DNA of 61,750 nt, from IMG/VR virus record IMGVR_UViG_3300043219_000435. One strand, 5' to 3'. The notes under the pieces are model-generated. The model ran no database searches. It saw nothing but the letters and a program-made list of their open reading frames with translations, and was not told where the DNA came from. The stretch is from a virus (taxonomy: Duplodnaviria; Heunggongvirae; Uroviricota; Caudoviricetes). How positions within the stretch are numbered: position 1 is the stretch's first letter; the number at the start of each line of letters is the position of its first letter. Shown piece after piece: positions 34,112-43,492 of the stretch. The translations under genes were made by a program, and so were the position numbers.

Positions 34112-36361
34112 TTATATATGTGTTAATGTACATGAACCACCGGAACACGCCACATCTTCACTTATTGTTGTATTGTCTTTATCTTCGTTAAACTTATCCC
34201 ATGGAACTTCAACATATTCTCTTTTTAGATCACACCAAGTTTTCCAGGCATCTACATCTTTTAAACAGAATGTCATTTGACGTTTATCACCATCGAAATA
34301 ATTGTTAGCGAATTTCTCAGCTCTTTTAATCCACATCTGCTTCTCAAGGATATTAGTAAGTTTATCAATAGAGTCAGGTATTTCTGAATTCTGAACATCT
34401 GGTATTTCAAGCTTTTCACCGATACCTAAAAAACAATCACAAGCAGCATATAGATTATTATCAAATGCGTTTTGTGCATGTACAATCAATCCTGAAGCAA
34501 ATACAGAAGCATCACCGTACATTTCTACTAATTCTTTAGGAGTATAAACCGTTTGGAATGGTGCTTGTTGATATATCTTATCACCTTCCTGTGGTAACAA
34601 TGAAATACCAGCAAAGAATTGTCTATTATTAAAGATATACTCAGCCACCGTTTCCCACTCATCTTCAAGTATATTGATGGTATTTGAAACGTTATGAGAT
34701 AATGCAGGGTGAGCACATAATTCTTGTGTTTTTCCTTCATCTACCCAGTTGATCCATGTAGATTTAACATCATCCAAAAGCTTAAGAGCATTGATATCAT
34801 TTTTAGTACGAGCTTGAGATGGAACTTCACATAAAAATGAAATTACTTCAGTTACTCCATTTGCATCCCATACTGATTTATCAATAGCTCTTGGATTGTA
34901 CATTTTGAAAAACTGAAGTGGCTCTTCCTGATTGTTGCATTGAACCCGTCTAATGTACCGCTTAGCGTGGTTTGGATGTATCCCTGATGCTCCGGTAGAC
35001 AAAATGATAGAAGACGTTCCAGAGGGCTTAACAGTCGTACAACGAGCTGCTTGATTTATACCTATCTTCTCAGCAATATCTTTGTTTATCATTTTTACTA
35101 CTTGTGCACCAAGTCTTTGATTAGTTTCATTTAAAACTATATCTGGATTGTCTTGCATCCCCGTTATAGAAACTCCAAGTAAAGCTTCACGAGAAACAAT
35201 TTTTTCAGTAGTTTTACCAAGATATTCGAATGAACTATAAGAAGCCTGGAATGTTCCTAAAATTGCTGCTGCTTTAGCTGCATCCATGAAGTCTTCGAGA
35301 GTTTTACATTTCTTTGCATTGATTTCTGACAGATTACAAAATTCAACTCCTGATTTACCAGAATCAACATCAACAGGATAAAGACCTATTTCAGCACATG
35401 GATTATAACCAATCTCAGTTGAATCACTGAATATAAATCCAGGTTCACCGTATTCTTTTACTGAAGATATAATGTCTCCGAATTCTTCTTCGGTTGTTTC
35501 ATCTCTTAGTAACAATACTGAATTATTTGCTCTACCACGTTGTGGGTTCTCAATGAACCAATTACCAGTTTTACAATTTCTCATTTCCATATCATCTTTA
35601 GAAAATAAACTGATAAGTGCAGCTCTTCTAATACCACCAGATACGACTGAATCGGCTATATGACAGATGATATCATGTACTTCTAATGTTGATAATCTTT
35701 TCTTATTTTCATTTAATGCGTTAATGAATATTTTTCTTATACTTTCAATCGTTCTTCTTAATCCATCTGGACCGGGAGCCTTAGAACCACTAGATTTAAT
35801 TATAGATCCTTTAGGTCTTATTTGAGAATAATCAAATATTACATTGTATCCAGACCATTCTGATTTACAAGAAAAGAATGATTCAACACATACACCGATT
35901 GCATCTGACCATCCTTCAATAGAATCAGGTATTACATATGACCGGTTTTCGTTTTTTCTTTCGGTATTTATTTTTGGTAATTTTTTGATATGATGATTCT
36001 GAACACTATATCCAACACCACATCCACATAGTGCCATATACATTGTTTCTTGAAAAGCTCTCATTCTATCAAGATAATGAAATGCACAGTTGTATATTCT
36101 GGCATTATGTTTTAAGATTGCATCACCACCAAACTGAAGTGCTCTTTGCGATCCCAAAACTTTTTTCTTCATTAACATTTCTTTTGCGAATCCCCATTCT
36201 TCTTCAACCTTGTCAAAACATCCTAGATTGACTAGATGTCTTTTATGCATATCCATCATTCTATCAACTTGTTCTTTCCACGATTCTCTCCTTTGTTTCT
36301 CAGGTAAGTATCGTGAATATTTTGATATCCTTGTAAACTCTGATAGTTCCTTAATGCTCAT
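34112..36361 (-). CDS. nrdJ: class II (B12-dependent) ribonucleotide reductase, monomeric RTPR type
   Basis: RALQFGG, YNCAF, GCGVGYSV, YNPCAEI, FCNLSEIN, TVKPSGT, C-terminal CSGGSC. Confidence 0.92.
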   Translation of the reverse strand: MSIKELSEFTRISKYSRYLPEKQRRESWKEQVDRMMDMHKRHLVNLGCFDKVEEEWGFAKEMLMKKKVLGSQRALQFGGDAILKHNARIYNCAFHYLDRMRAFQETMYMALCGCGVGYSVQNHHIKKLPKINTERKNENRSYVIPDSIEGWSDAIGVCVESFFSCKSEWSGYNVIFDYSQIRPKGSIIKSSGSKAPGPDGLRRTIESIRKIFINALNENKKRLSTLEVHDIICHIADSVVSGGIRRAALISLFSKDDMEMRNCKTGNWFIENPQRGRANNSVLLLRDETTEEEFGDIISSVKEYGEPGFIFSDSTEIGYNPCAEIGLYPVDVDSGKSGVEFCNLSEINAKKCKTLEDFMDAAKAAAILGTFQASYSSFEYLGKTTEKIVSREALLGVSITGMQDNPDIVLNETNQRLGAQVVKMINKDIAEKIGINQAARCTTVKPSGTSSIILSTGASGIHPNHAKRYIRRVQCNNQEEPLQFFKMYNPRAIDKSVWDANGVTEVISFLCEVPSQARTKNDINALKLLDDVKSTWINWVDEGKTQELCAHPALSHNVSNTINILEDEWETVAEYIFNNRQFFAGISLLPQEGDKIYQQAPFQTVYTPKELVEMYGDASVFASGLIVHAQNAFDNNLYAACDCFLGIGEKLEIPDVQNSEIPDSIDKLTNILEKQMWIKRAEKFANNYFDGDKRQMTFCLKDVDAWKTWCDLKREYVEVPWDKFNEDKDNTTISEDVACSGGSCTLTHI

Positions 36362-36369
36362 GCATTCTC

Positions 36370-36825
36370 CTATGAAAATAATTCTTTTTCAGTTATAATT
36401 TTAAACTCGTAGCCATACTGTTTACAATATTGTTCAGCAGCAGACCATTTGCATTTATTTTTCTCAACCATTAAATAACGATGTTTAAAATTCTTCAAAG
36501 CTTTCTGGGTTTTCTTTTTTGGCATTTTAGGATAATCAACTTGATCAGAAGGTTTAACTTCAATTAACATTTTCGTAATTTTGTTATTTTTAGTTTTAAC
36601 TTCTGCATAGAAATCAACAATATATTTATGAACTTTACTATCAATTGTGTAGAAATAAGGTATCGTAATTATCTCACTCCCCCATTTGATAATATTTTCA
36701 TTGTGATCTAGATAGTACATTGTTCTTTTTTCCCAACTAGATCTAAATACAGGAGCACTATTTCCTAAGTATTTCTCTTTGTTTACTACTTCATAAGTAC
36801 CTTGATGCCATTTTCCAGAAGCCAT
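36370..36825 (-). CDS. 4: head completion nuclease (T4 gp4, TnsA-like)
   Basis: N.EKY.G....FRSSWE...WGSE...IPY...Y.VDFY...EVKP. Confidence 0.88.
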   Translation of the reverse strand: MASGKWHQGTYEVVNKEKYLGNSAPVFRSSWEKRTMYYLDHNENIIKWGSEIITIPYFYTIDSKVHKYIVDFYAEVKTKNNKITKMLIEVKPSDQVDYPKMPKKKTQKALKNFKHRYLMVEKNKCKWSAAEQYCKQYGYEFKIITEKELFS

Positions 36826-36857
36826 AATAACCGTTATTTAAGTCGTGTAACTATTTA

Positions 36858-37694
36858 TTATTTGATTTTTTTGAGGTAAACAACAACATCTTGTAATTCT
36901 TCAAATAATGTGCCGATATTATGCTTAGTGAAAAATGAAAATATAGCTCGTGATTTATATTCAGATATAGGATAATCATTATATTGTGCCATAATTTTCA
37001 TTTTATATTCTTCAGGAATAAGATTCAAATCTATCAAACTTTTATTTCTCTGATATGCATCATTCAATTCATTTTCATCCAAAAATTCAGTAAGATTTTC
37101 CATTGCTTTAGTAGCTTTTACAATACCAAATCTTTCTTTTACACCAGGAATACAATCACCTCTATCACCAGTTAAAATCTTGATATTGAGATCTTTTCTT
37201 GGATTAAGTGATTCGACAAATTCTTTTCTTAATGGATGATATTGTCTGAAATTTTTATGTATTAATAATTGATTCATATCACCGTCTGTTGATATGGTAA
37301 TTATTTTATCATTCAATTTTTGTGTTAATACAGCTATAATATCATCACCTTCACAATCATCTATTTTTAAGAAAAAGAAGTTTGAAAATGTTTTTTTAAA
37401 ATCTTCATAAAACGCTTCAGCCACTGGAAAGAATTTTTCAAAGTCAACAGTACTTTTTGCTCTTGCTTTTGATCTTTTATGCTTGTAATCAGGAAATATT
37501 TTCTTTCTCCAATTAGTTTTTGAGTCAATTGCAAATACTACTCTGTCAGGTTTGAAATTTTTTATTGAATAAAATGTATCACGTATGATTAATTCTTTGA
37601 ATAATGAAAATGTTTCATCGAGCGGTTTATCTTTATTAGCAGTAAATACTTTTCTAAATAATTGATTATGGCTGTCTATTAATAATATATTCAT
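36858..37694 (-). CDS. rnh: RNase H / 5' flap nuclease (T4 rnh)
   Basis: WRK..FP.YK..R, EGDDIIA, STDGD, GDRGD.IPG. Confidence 0.9.
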   Translation of the reverse strand: MNILLIDSHNQLFRKVFTANKDKPLDETFSLFKELIIRDTFYSIKNFKPDRVVFAIDSKTNWRKKIFPDYKHKRSKARAKSTVDFEKFFPVAEAFYEDFKKTFSNFFFLKIDDCEGDDIIAVLTQKLNDKIITISTDGDMNQLLIHKNFRQYHPLRKEFVESLNPRKDLNIKILTGDRGDCIPGVKERFGIVKATKAMENLTEFLDENELNDAYQRNKSLIDLNLIPEEYKMKIMAQYNDYPISEYKSRAIFSFFTKHNIGTLFEELQDVVVYLKKIK

Positions 37695-37701
37695 GATTTA
37701 C

Positions 37702-38121
37702 CTAAGCTCTAGGTGGAAAAAATTTATTCAATATGTTCTCATTATAATAAACTCTTTCACCTTTTTTATTCTTCTTCAACAATACTTTTCTCTTAAACTG
37801 TTCTTCTGCTTCGAAATATGTAAGCTCCCATTTGGTCTTACAGATCTTTAATATCACTCTATCAAATTTATCTTTACCAAGTTTATCAATATCTTTCTGC
37901 AATCCTTTTGATGAACCATAATATTTCTTCCAATCAGATTCTTTTATGACTAATTTTCTGTTCTTTTTACCTTTCTGCTTTATTTTTCTATAGCTATGGA
38001 ATTGTTTTTTACCAATGTAAAGCTTTCCAGTTTTCTTATTGGTAATGCAATATATAAATCCGAAATTCTTCTTAATCATTTCAGATGTGTATTCTTTTGT
38101 TCTATAAATCCAACTCATCAA
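37702..38121 (-). CDS. GIY-YIG-family protein conserved in T4-like phages
   Basis: GFIYCITN...GKLYIGKK; W..YYGS. Confidence 0.75.
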   Translation of the reverse strand: MMSWIYRTKEYTSEMIKKNFGFIYCITNKKTGKLYIGKKQFHSYRKIKQKGKKNRKLVIKESDWKKYYGSSKGLQKDIDKLGKDKFDRVILKICKTKWELTYFEAEEQFKRKVLLKKNKKGERVYYNENILNKFFPPRA

Positions 38122-38537
38122 TCTCTCTCTATTCTTGATATTCCAGGTGATCTAAATTGTGACTTCATTGCTTTAAAATAAGCATCTTTTGTGATCGTAC
38201 CAAATCCACAATTGTTAGAGCCTGGAACATTATAAACAGTACCCTCATCATAGAATTCAATATCTTCACCTGTTAATCTATCTATAAATGTTATTTGTGC
38301 TTTAGGGCTATAACTAACTTTAAACTTTGCTAAACCACCAAACTTTGGGTCGTCTTTTTTAATTATTGCCATGCCATCATTTTTGCAAATATCTTCAACT
38401 ATACGTATATCTTTAAGACACAAATTGTACACTTCTAATACAATAAAATGTTTATTAAAGAAATTATAAACTAAAGTAGCAGTCAAGCCATTCTTAACAC
38501 TAACCTCAAGTCTTAAATCTTCTATTTCTATTTTCAT
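38118..38537 (-). CDS. hypothetical protein
   Basis: ORF track, coupled to neighbours. Confidence 0.6.
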   Translation of the reverse strand: MKIEIEDLRLEVSVKNGLTATLVYNFFNKHFIVLEVYNLCLKDIRIVEDICKNDGMAIIKKDDPKFGGLAKFKVSYSPKAQITFIDRLTGEDIEFYDEGTVYNVPGSNNCGFGTITKDAYFKAMKSQFRSPGISRIERD

Positions 38538-39544
38538 TATTTGTCTCCAAAATAATAACGATAATCACCATAAGAGTTCTCAAAACAATCTTTTAAATCA
38601 TCAAAACTAAAGTGTTTTACTTCATTGTTTTTAACTACATCATTTATATCTTTAATTTTTTTATCGTAATATTTAAACTTTTCCCAAATGAAAACCTTCT
38701 TACCATTCAGGTGAAATTTTCTTGCAAACTTTTTTCCTGGTTCATCATTATCAAATAGGTAATAGCAATCAAGATTTGATAATGTTTTCTTCATATGTTT
38801 TGACATCTCTAAACCAAGAGTTGCAATTGCATTATCAATAAACATTGAATCGATCGGACCTTCAGTAATAATTACCGGTTTACTTTTATCGATATTATAA
38901 AGATTATATAATGCGAATTCTTTCTTACCTTTCATATTAAGATATTTAGGTTCTTTATTTGAAAGAGTTCTTGCTTGAAAGTAATACATTTTATTATTAT
39001 GATCGTAAAATGGTATGATCATTCTGTCATAATATGGACCATCAACAGCAACCATAAACTTTTTATAAATCTTTTCAGGGATATGTCTTTGTTTACATTG
39101 ATGAATAGCTTTTCTAAATATCATATCATTTGAATGATCAATAGGTCTAAAATCTTTTAAATATTCATCTATTTCAGTATCTTTTGGTATTTCACGTACT
39201 TTAGTTGCAACTGTAACCGGTAGAATATGTTTATTTTTTACTTCATCATATTCGAAGCTTTCTTTACAATAAAGTTTGAAAATAGACAAATCGGTTTCTT
39301 TCAACCATCTTCTTGCTGACCATGTATCAGAAGCTGGACAACCAGCATTAAAACATTTATAAAACCAAAAATCTTCGGATTGACCTAATTTTAAATGACC
39401 TCTGAGTTTATTCTTATTTTCAGAGTCGCCACATATATTACAATTTATTTGAATTTCAGTGTCACGAATAATCGATGTATCAAATCTTCCAACAGCCATC
39501 CGTAAGAATTTCTCTAAAATCTGTGTCTCTAATTTCTTATTCAT
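38537..39544 (-). CDS. 61: DNA primase (T4 gp61)
   Basis: CNICGDS...CFNAGC; RMIIPF; TOPRIM EGPIDSMF, FDNDEPG. Confidence 0.92.
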   Translation of the reverse strand: MNKKLETQILEKFLRMAVGRFDTSIIRDTEIQINCNICGDSENKNKLRGHLKLGQSEDFWFYKCFNAGCPASDTWSARRWLKETDLSIFKLYCKESFEYDEVKNKHILPVTVATKVREIPKDTEIDEYLKDFRPIDHSNDMIFRKAIHQCKQRHIPEKIYKKFMVAVDGPYYDRMIIPFYDHNNKMYYFQARTLSNKEPKYLNMKGKKEFALYNLYNIDKSKPVIITEGPIDSMFIDNAIATLGLEMSKHMKKTLSNLDCYYLFDNDEPGKKFARKFHLNGKKVFIWEKFKYYDKKIKDINDVVKNNEVKHFSFDDLKDCFENSYGDYRYYFGDK

Positions 39545-39556
39545 TTCAGAACCTAG

Positions 39557-39585
39557 AAATGGCTGCAGCGAACCGCAGCCATTTT
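39557..39585 (-). terminator. intrinsic terminator after gene 32
   Basis: AAATGGCTGC/GCAGCCATTT. Confidence 0.75.
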
Positions 39586-39593
39586 AAACCTTA

Positions 39594-40529
39594 CTAGTCG
39601 TCGAAGTAATCACTGTCTGCTGAATCAGATTTCTCAGCCACATTTGTGCTAAGATCAACATCAGCTTTTGTATTATCAAAGCTAATATCATCATTCAGTT
39701 CAACAGTCTCTACTCTTCGCTCTGCTTTTGCAACTTGTACAGGTTGTGCAGCTCTAGGAATACCATCGGGATCAGCATCAATCACAATACCTGTTTTATT
39801 GATAAATTCTTTTGCAAGGAATTCATATGATTTGAATTCTGATTTATCAATATAAGGTGCGAGTGGAAAAAGCTTAGTATCTAACTCATCAATTTCCTCA
39901 TCTGTGAATGGTTTTTTACCTAATCCGATTACACTTGGAGCTGCGAATTCAGAAGAATCATAGTTCAAGAATTTCTTTCCACTTGAATCGATAGTTTTAA
40001 TAACTAACTTGAAGTTAGCACCGCTATCATAATCAAATACAATTACTTTTTGCTCGAAATCCTCATCTTCAGGGTTAAGTTTTGCCATGATTTTCTCATG
40101 GATTTTAACACCATATCGGTATTTCATAACTTTACCTTCAAGCTCAGGATTTTGTTTATCTTTTACGATTAAGATATTAGCGTAAAAAGATGCTTTTCTT
40201 GAACGAGGTCTGGCGATTTCTTCATTGGTCTTCCAAACACGACCATTTTCTTTACATACCGGACAACTATCACCCATTGTAGAAGGACAATTGTAGATGA
40301 ACCATCCACCAACATCTTCCCAACCATGAGAAAATCTTTTAATAAATGGCATTTCTTCACCTTCCGTTGGAGGAAGGAAACGAATAATCGCTGAATATGC
40401 TCCATTGTTTGATTTAGCATCTGGTTTGTAAAGATTCTCATCTTTATTATTAAATCCTTTTTTATTCTCACTTTCTATTATTTTTCCTAACATTGCATCA
40501 GTATTAAATTCTCTTCTTGTTCTAGACAT
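39594..40529 (-). CDS. 32: single-stranded DNA-binding protein (T4 gp32)
   Basis: IRFLP; H.W...GGW....C......CPVC; G.KI.EKI; GANFKL; NYDSS.F; acidic tail. Confidence 0.93.
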   Translation of the reverse strand: MSRTRREFNTDAMLGKIIESENKKGFNNKDENLYKPDAKSNNGAYSAIIRFLPPTEGEEMPFIKRFSHGWEDVGGWFIYNCPSTMGDSCPVCKENGRVWKTNEEIARPRSRKASFYANILIVKDKQNPELEGKVMKYRYGVKIHEKIMAKLNPEDEDFEQKVIVFDYDSGANFKLVIKTIDSSGKKFLNYDSSEFAAPSVIGLGKKPFTDEEIDELDTKLFPLAPYIDKSEFKSYEFLAKEFINKTGIVIDADPDGIPRAAQPVQVAKAERRVETVELNDDISFDNTKADVDLSTNVAEKSDSADSDYFDD

Positions 40530-40597
40530 TTTTCTTTCCTTGTATTACTTTTTCCATCTTGCGAGTAGTTAATAAAAAACATTAACCATATATTGAC

Positions 40598-40626
40598 ATT
40601 ATATCATACATATTTTCAAAAGTCAA
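40598..40626 (-). promoter_or_regulatory. sigma70-type promoter of gene 32
   Basis: TTGACT-17-TATAAT. Confidence 0.75.
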
Positions 40627-40663
40627 TATAAATCAATAAAATTTATTAACTAAAGTTATTTAT

Positions 40664-41053
40664 TTATTTTGTTGACCATACTATACAGTTACTCAATATG
40701 TTTATTTTCATATCCAAATCATGTTTTTCAGCAAGTTCTGTTCTAAGTTCTAGTGAATTTTCTTCATTAAAACATTCCAATACAGCTTTCTCTTTGAAAT
40801 AATCAGTATTTAACCATACGGCACAGTCTATGAAGCTTATATCCGAATTATAAACCAAATTTTTTATTAGATAATTGAACTTATGGAAATCCTTATTATA
40901 AGATTTCTTTTTTTTAATCACTTGTTCAAGATCAATATTATTCATGGCTAATATGCCGAAAAACTTCTTTTTATTTATAGATTTAAAAATCTCTGCTTCT
41001 ACATCTTTATCTTTTAGATTATCCGGCAATTTTGGTTGGTTTTGTTCAATCAT
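40664..41053 (-). CDS. possible late-transcription coactivator (gp33-like)
   Basis: LV....ISFIDC.V...L..ELA pattern; position between genes 41 and 32. Confidence 0.4.
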   Translation of the reverse strand: MIEQNQPKLPDNLKDKDVEAEIFKSINKKKFFGILAMNNIDLEQVIKKKKSYNKDFHKFNYLIKNLVYNSDISFIDCAVWLNTDYFKEKAVLECFNEENSLELRTELAEKHDLDMKINILSNCIVWSTK

Positions 41054-41061
41054 ATAAACTC

Positions 41062-42423
41062 CTAACTAAAGTCTAATTCTGCTGGCGCACCATCAAACTT
41101 ATTATTCAATATTGTATGATCCTGAGATGAATATTCATCATAGAATTTGGTATCTTCTACATCAGGCTCAAAGTTATAAATTCTCATTTTTGGTTTGCTA
41201 ACCTTAACTTTAACTTTACCATGATTAGCACCAAATCTACTTTTCAGAAGAATTAAAAGATAAACATCGGCAGCAGCAAGTTCTTCATTTTGAACTATAC
41301 CATAAATTGCGTCAGCTTTAAAAGTTGCGCCAATAGATTCTGCAGTATCAGTTAATTCTAGATTAACATTTCCGAAGCCACCACGATTTGTTTGTAAACC
41401 TGAGACAATTGGAAATCCAAATTCTTGTGCCAATGCTCTTGTTTCTTCTGTGATAGCTTTTAATATTTCATTTGAATTACCATTAATATTTTTATTAGGA
41501 ATCATACATCCGATATAATCAATAAATACAATATCTGGTTTGAAATTCTTTTTAACATATAATTCTTTGAATAAATTTCTAAGGTAATTAGCATTAATAG
41601 TTCCACCTGCATATTCTTTTACAATAAGTCTTTCAGCTTGGCCTTTTAACTGTTCATGTTTCTTATAGAAATCTTTTTTAGACATCCCTTTCAAATCGTT
41701 TATTTCTACGTCAAATAAGTTAGCCAGGAAGCGTTTTGATAACTTATCCTCAGATTCTTCCAGGGAAATATAAAGTACGTTCTTGTTGTCTCTAAGGCAA
41801 TTTGAAGCGAATGCACATTGTATTAATGTTTTACCAATATTTGTAGAACCTAAAAATAATATCAATGATTTCTCATGAAATCCACCATCTATTTGTTCAT
41901 CAATTTTATCAATACCGGTTGATACTGCATGTTCAGTATTATGAATATATTCATACATTCTATCTACATCATTAGAAATATCCAAACCAACATTTGTATC
42001 GAATGAAAAAGACAATGCTTCTCTTATACAATCTGGAACATCATTAATATTATCTAATTCGTCAGCATCCAAAGCATCTTTAACCAATAATAGATTATGC
42101 CACAATAATTTTTTCTTGAAGAACTTTGCTATTTCTTCTGATGTCTGTTCTTTTTGATATTTGGATAAATCAATCTGAAGAATTTTTTTTATTTCAGTTA
42201 ACAAATCTGCATCTTTAACATACAATTCAAAACTTACCATTGTAGGAAAAGTTTTATACTCTTCTTTATAGTCAAAATATTTTTTAATTAATTTCTGATT
42301 AGCTCCAACATCAAATACTTTATGTAATGGTATAGTAGAGAGATAAGGATAAACCTTATCTCTCACAGTCTTACTTTTAAATATTGAGTGAACTATTAGA
42401 TTTTCAAAGTCTAATTCATTCAT
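41062..42423 (-). CDS. 41: replicative helicase (T4 gp41, DnaB-like)
   Basis: GSTNIGKT, YISLEES, IDYIG, QTNR, AES. Confidence 0.93.
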   Translation of the reverse strand: MNELDFENLIVHSIFKSKTVRDKVYPYLSTIPLHKVFDVGANQKLIKKYFDYKEEYKTFPTMVSFELYVKDADLLTEIKKILQIDLSKYQKEQTSEEIAKFFKKKLLWHNLLLVKDALDADELDNINDVPDCIREALSFSFDTNVGLDISNDVDRMYEYIHNTEHAVSTGIDKIDEQIDGGFHEKSLILFLGSTNIGKTLIQCAFASNCLRDNKNVLYISLEESEDKLSKRFLANLFDVEINDLKGMSKKDFYKKHEQLKGQAERLIVKEYAGGTINANYLRNLFKELYVKKNFKPDIVFIDYIGCMIPNKNINGNSNEILKAITEETRALAQEFGFPIVSGLQTNRGGFGNVNLELTDTAESIGATFKADAIYGIVQNEELAAADVYLLILLKSRFGANHGKVKVKVSKPKMRIYNFEPDVEDTKFYDEYSSQDHTILNNKFDGAPAELDFS

Positions 42424-42425
42424 TA

Positions 42426-43484
42426 TTACTCCTCATCATCAGTAAAGAAATCTGCAGCATCTAATTCAGACACATCAATTACACGATCTTCATAACTATA
42501 TTTTGATTCTAGGAATTCTTTAAAATCTGTTTTTCTTAATAGATCTTCCCAGAAATCTTTACAATACATTTTAGATTCACGCCAATTTTTTCCTTCTTCA
42601 TCAAATTCAGGTCTATGAAACCATCCATTTTTAGGTTTAGTCACACATCCATGATCAAGTGCATCAGGCAATAATCCATAATAAATATCTAAACCACCAT
42701 CATGTTTAATTCTAAACTTCAGTTTAGTAGATTTTTCAACAGCATCTCTTCCTTTATGCGCTTCACAAGTAATTATTGCACCTATAACTTTACCAGCAGA
42801 ATCTTTATCTTTTGCTTTTGATGTTGCTAATACTACTGATTGACTATTAAACTTTAGTCTACCACCACCACCTACTTGATATGGATCACCGAAACCACCA
42901 GTATTTTTATAAACACCATTTACGATGTAATATGTCATATCAGTTTCATTCATATAATTAGCAAGTTTATTTTTTTCTTGTGGCAATCTCATATTTTGTG
43001 TTGTATTACCATCAGCAGCTTTTTCCATAGTTACATCATCAACTAATGGACCCCACGAATCTACTAATACAAAAATATTTCTTCTTTCAGTTCTAGTTTT
43101 TCCTTCAGATATTAAAGCTAAAGCTTGAGTAATTTTACCAATATTTGCGGTCTCTACAATCAATAGATGATCTTCATCAATATTAACACCTACACTTTCT
43201 GCAAGCTTAGTACTAAATGCTCTTTCTGTATCGATAACAATTGTTTCCATTCCATGTTTTTGTGCATTTTTTAAAATGTTACAAGCAATGAAAGACTTTC
43301 CAAATGATGAGTCCGCACTGATTTGTTCCATACAACCTATCTTAACAGCTCTATCAACTTTTCCTTTATGTAAAAGGTTCATTGTAATAACACCTGACGA
43401 TAAATATTCTGGTACATAATCACTATCTTTTATCTTCTCAAATAATTCTTTATTTCCTTTTAATCTTTTTCTTAAATCGTTCAT
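42426..43484 (-). CDS. uvsX: RecA-like recombinase (UvsX)
   Basis: SSG..TMN, GKS, IDTE, DSWG, GGG. Confidence 0.88.
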   Translation of the reverse strand: MNDLRKRLKGNKELFEKIKDSDYVPEYLSSGVITMNLLHKGKVDRAVKIGCMEQISADSSFGKSFIACNILKNAQKHGMETIVIDTERAFSTKLAESVGVNIDEDHLLIVETANIGKITQALALISEGKTRTERRNIFVLVDSWGPLVDDVTMEKAADGNTTQNMRLPQEKNKLANYMNETDMTYYIVNGVYKNTGGFGDPYQVGGGGRLKFNSQSVVLATSKAKDKDSAGKVIGAIITCEAHKGRDAVEKSTKLKFRIKHDGGLDIYYGLLPDALDHGCVTKPKNGWFHRPEFDEEGKNWRESKMYCKDFWEDLLRKTDFKEFLESKYSYEDRVIDVSELDAADFFTDDEE

Positions 43485-43492
43485 TATTTCTC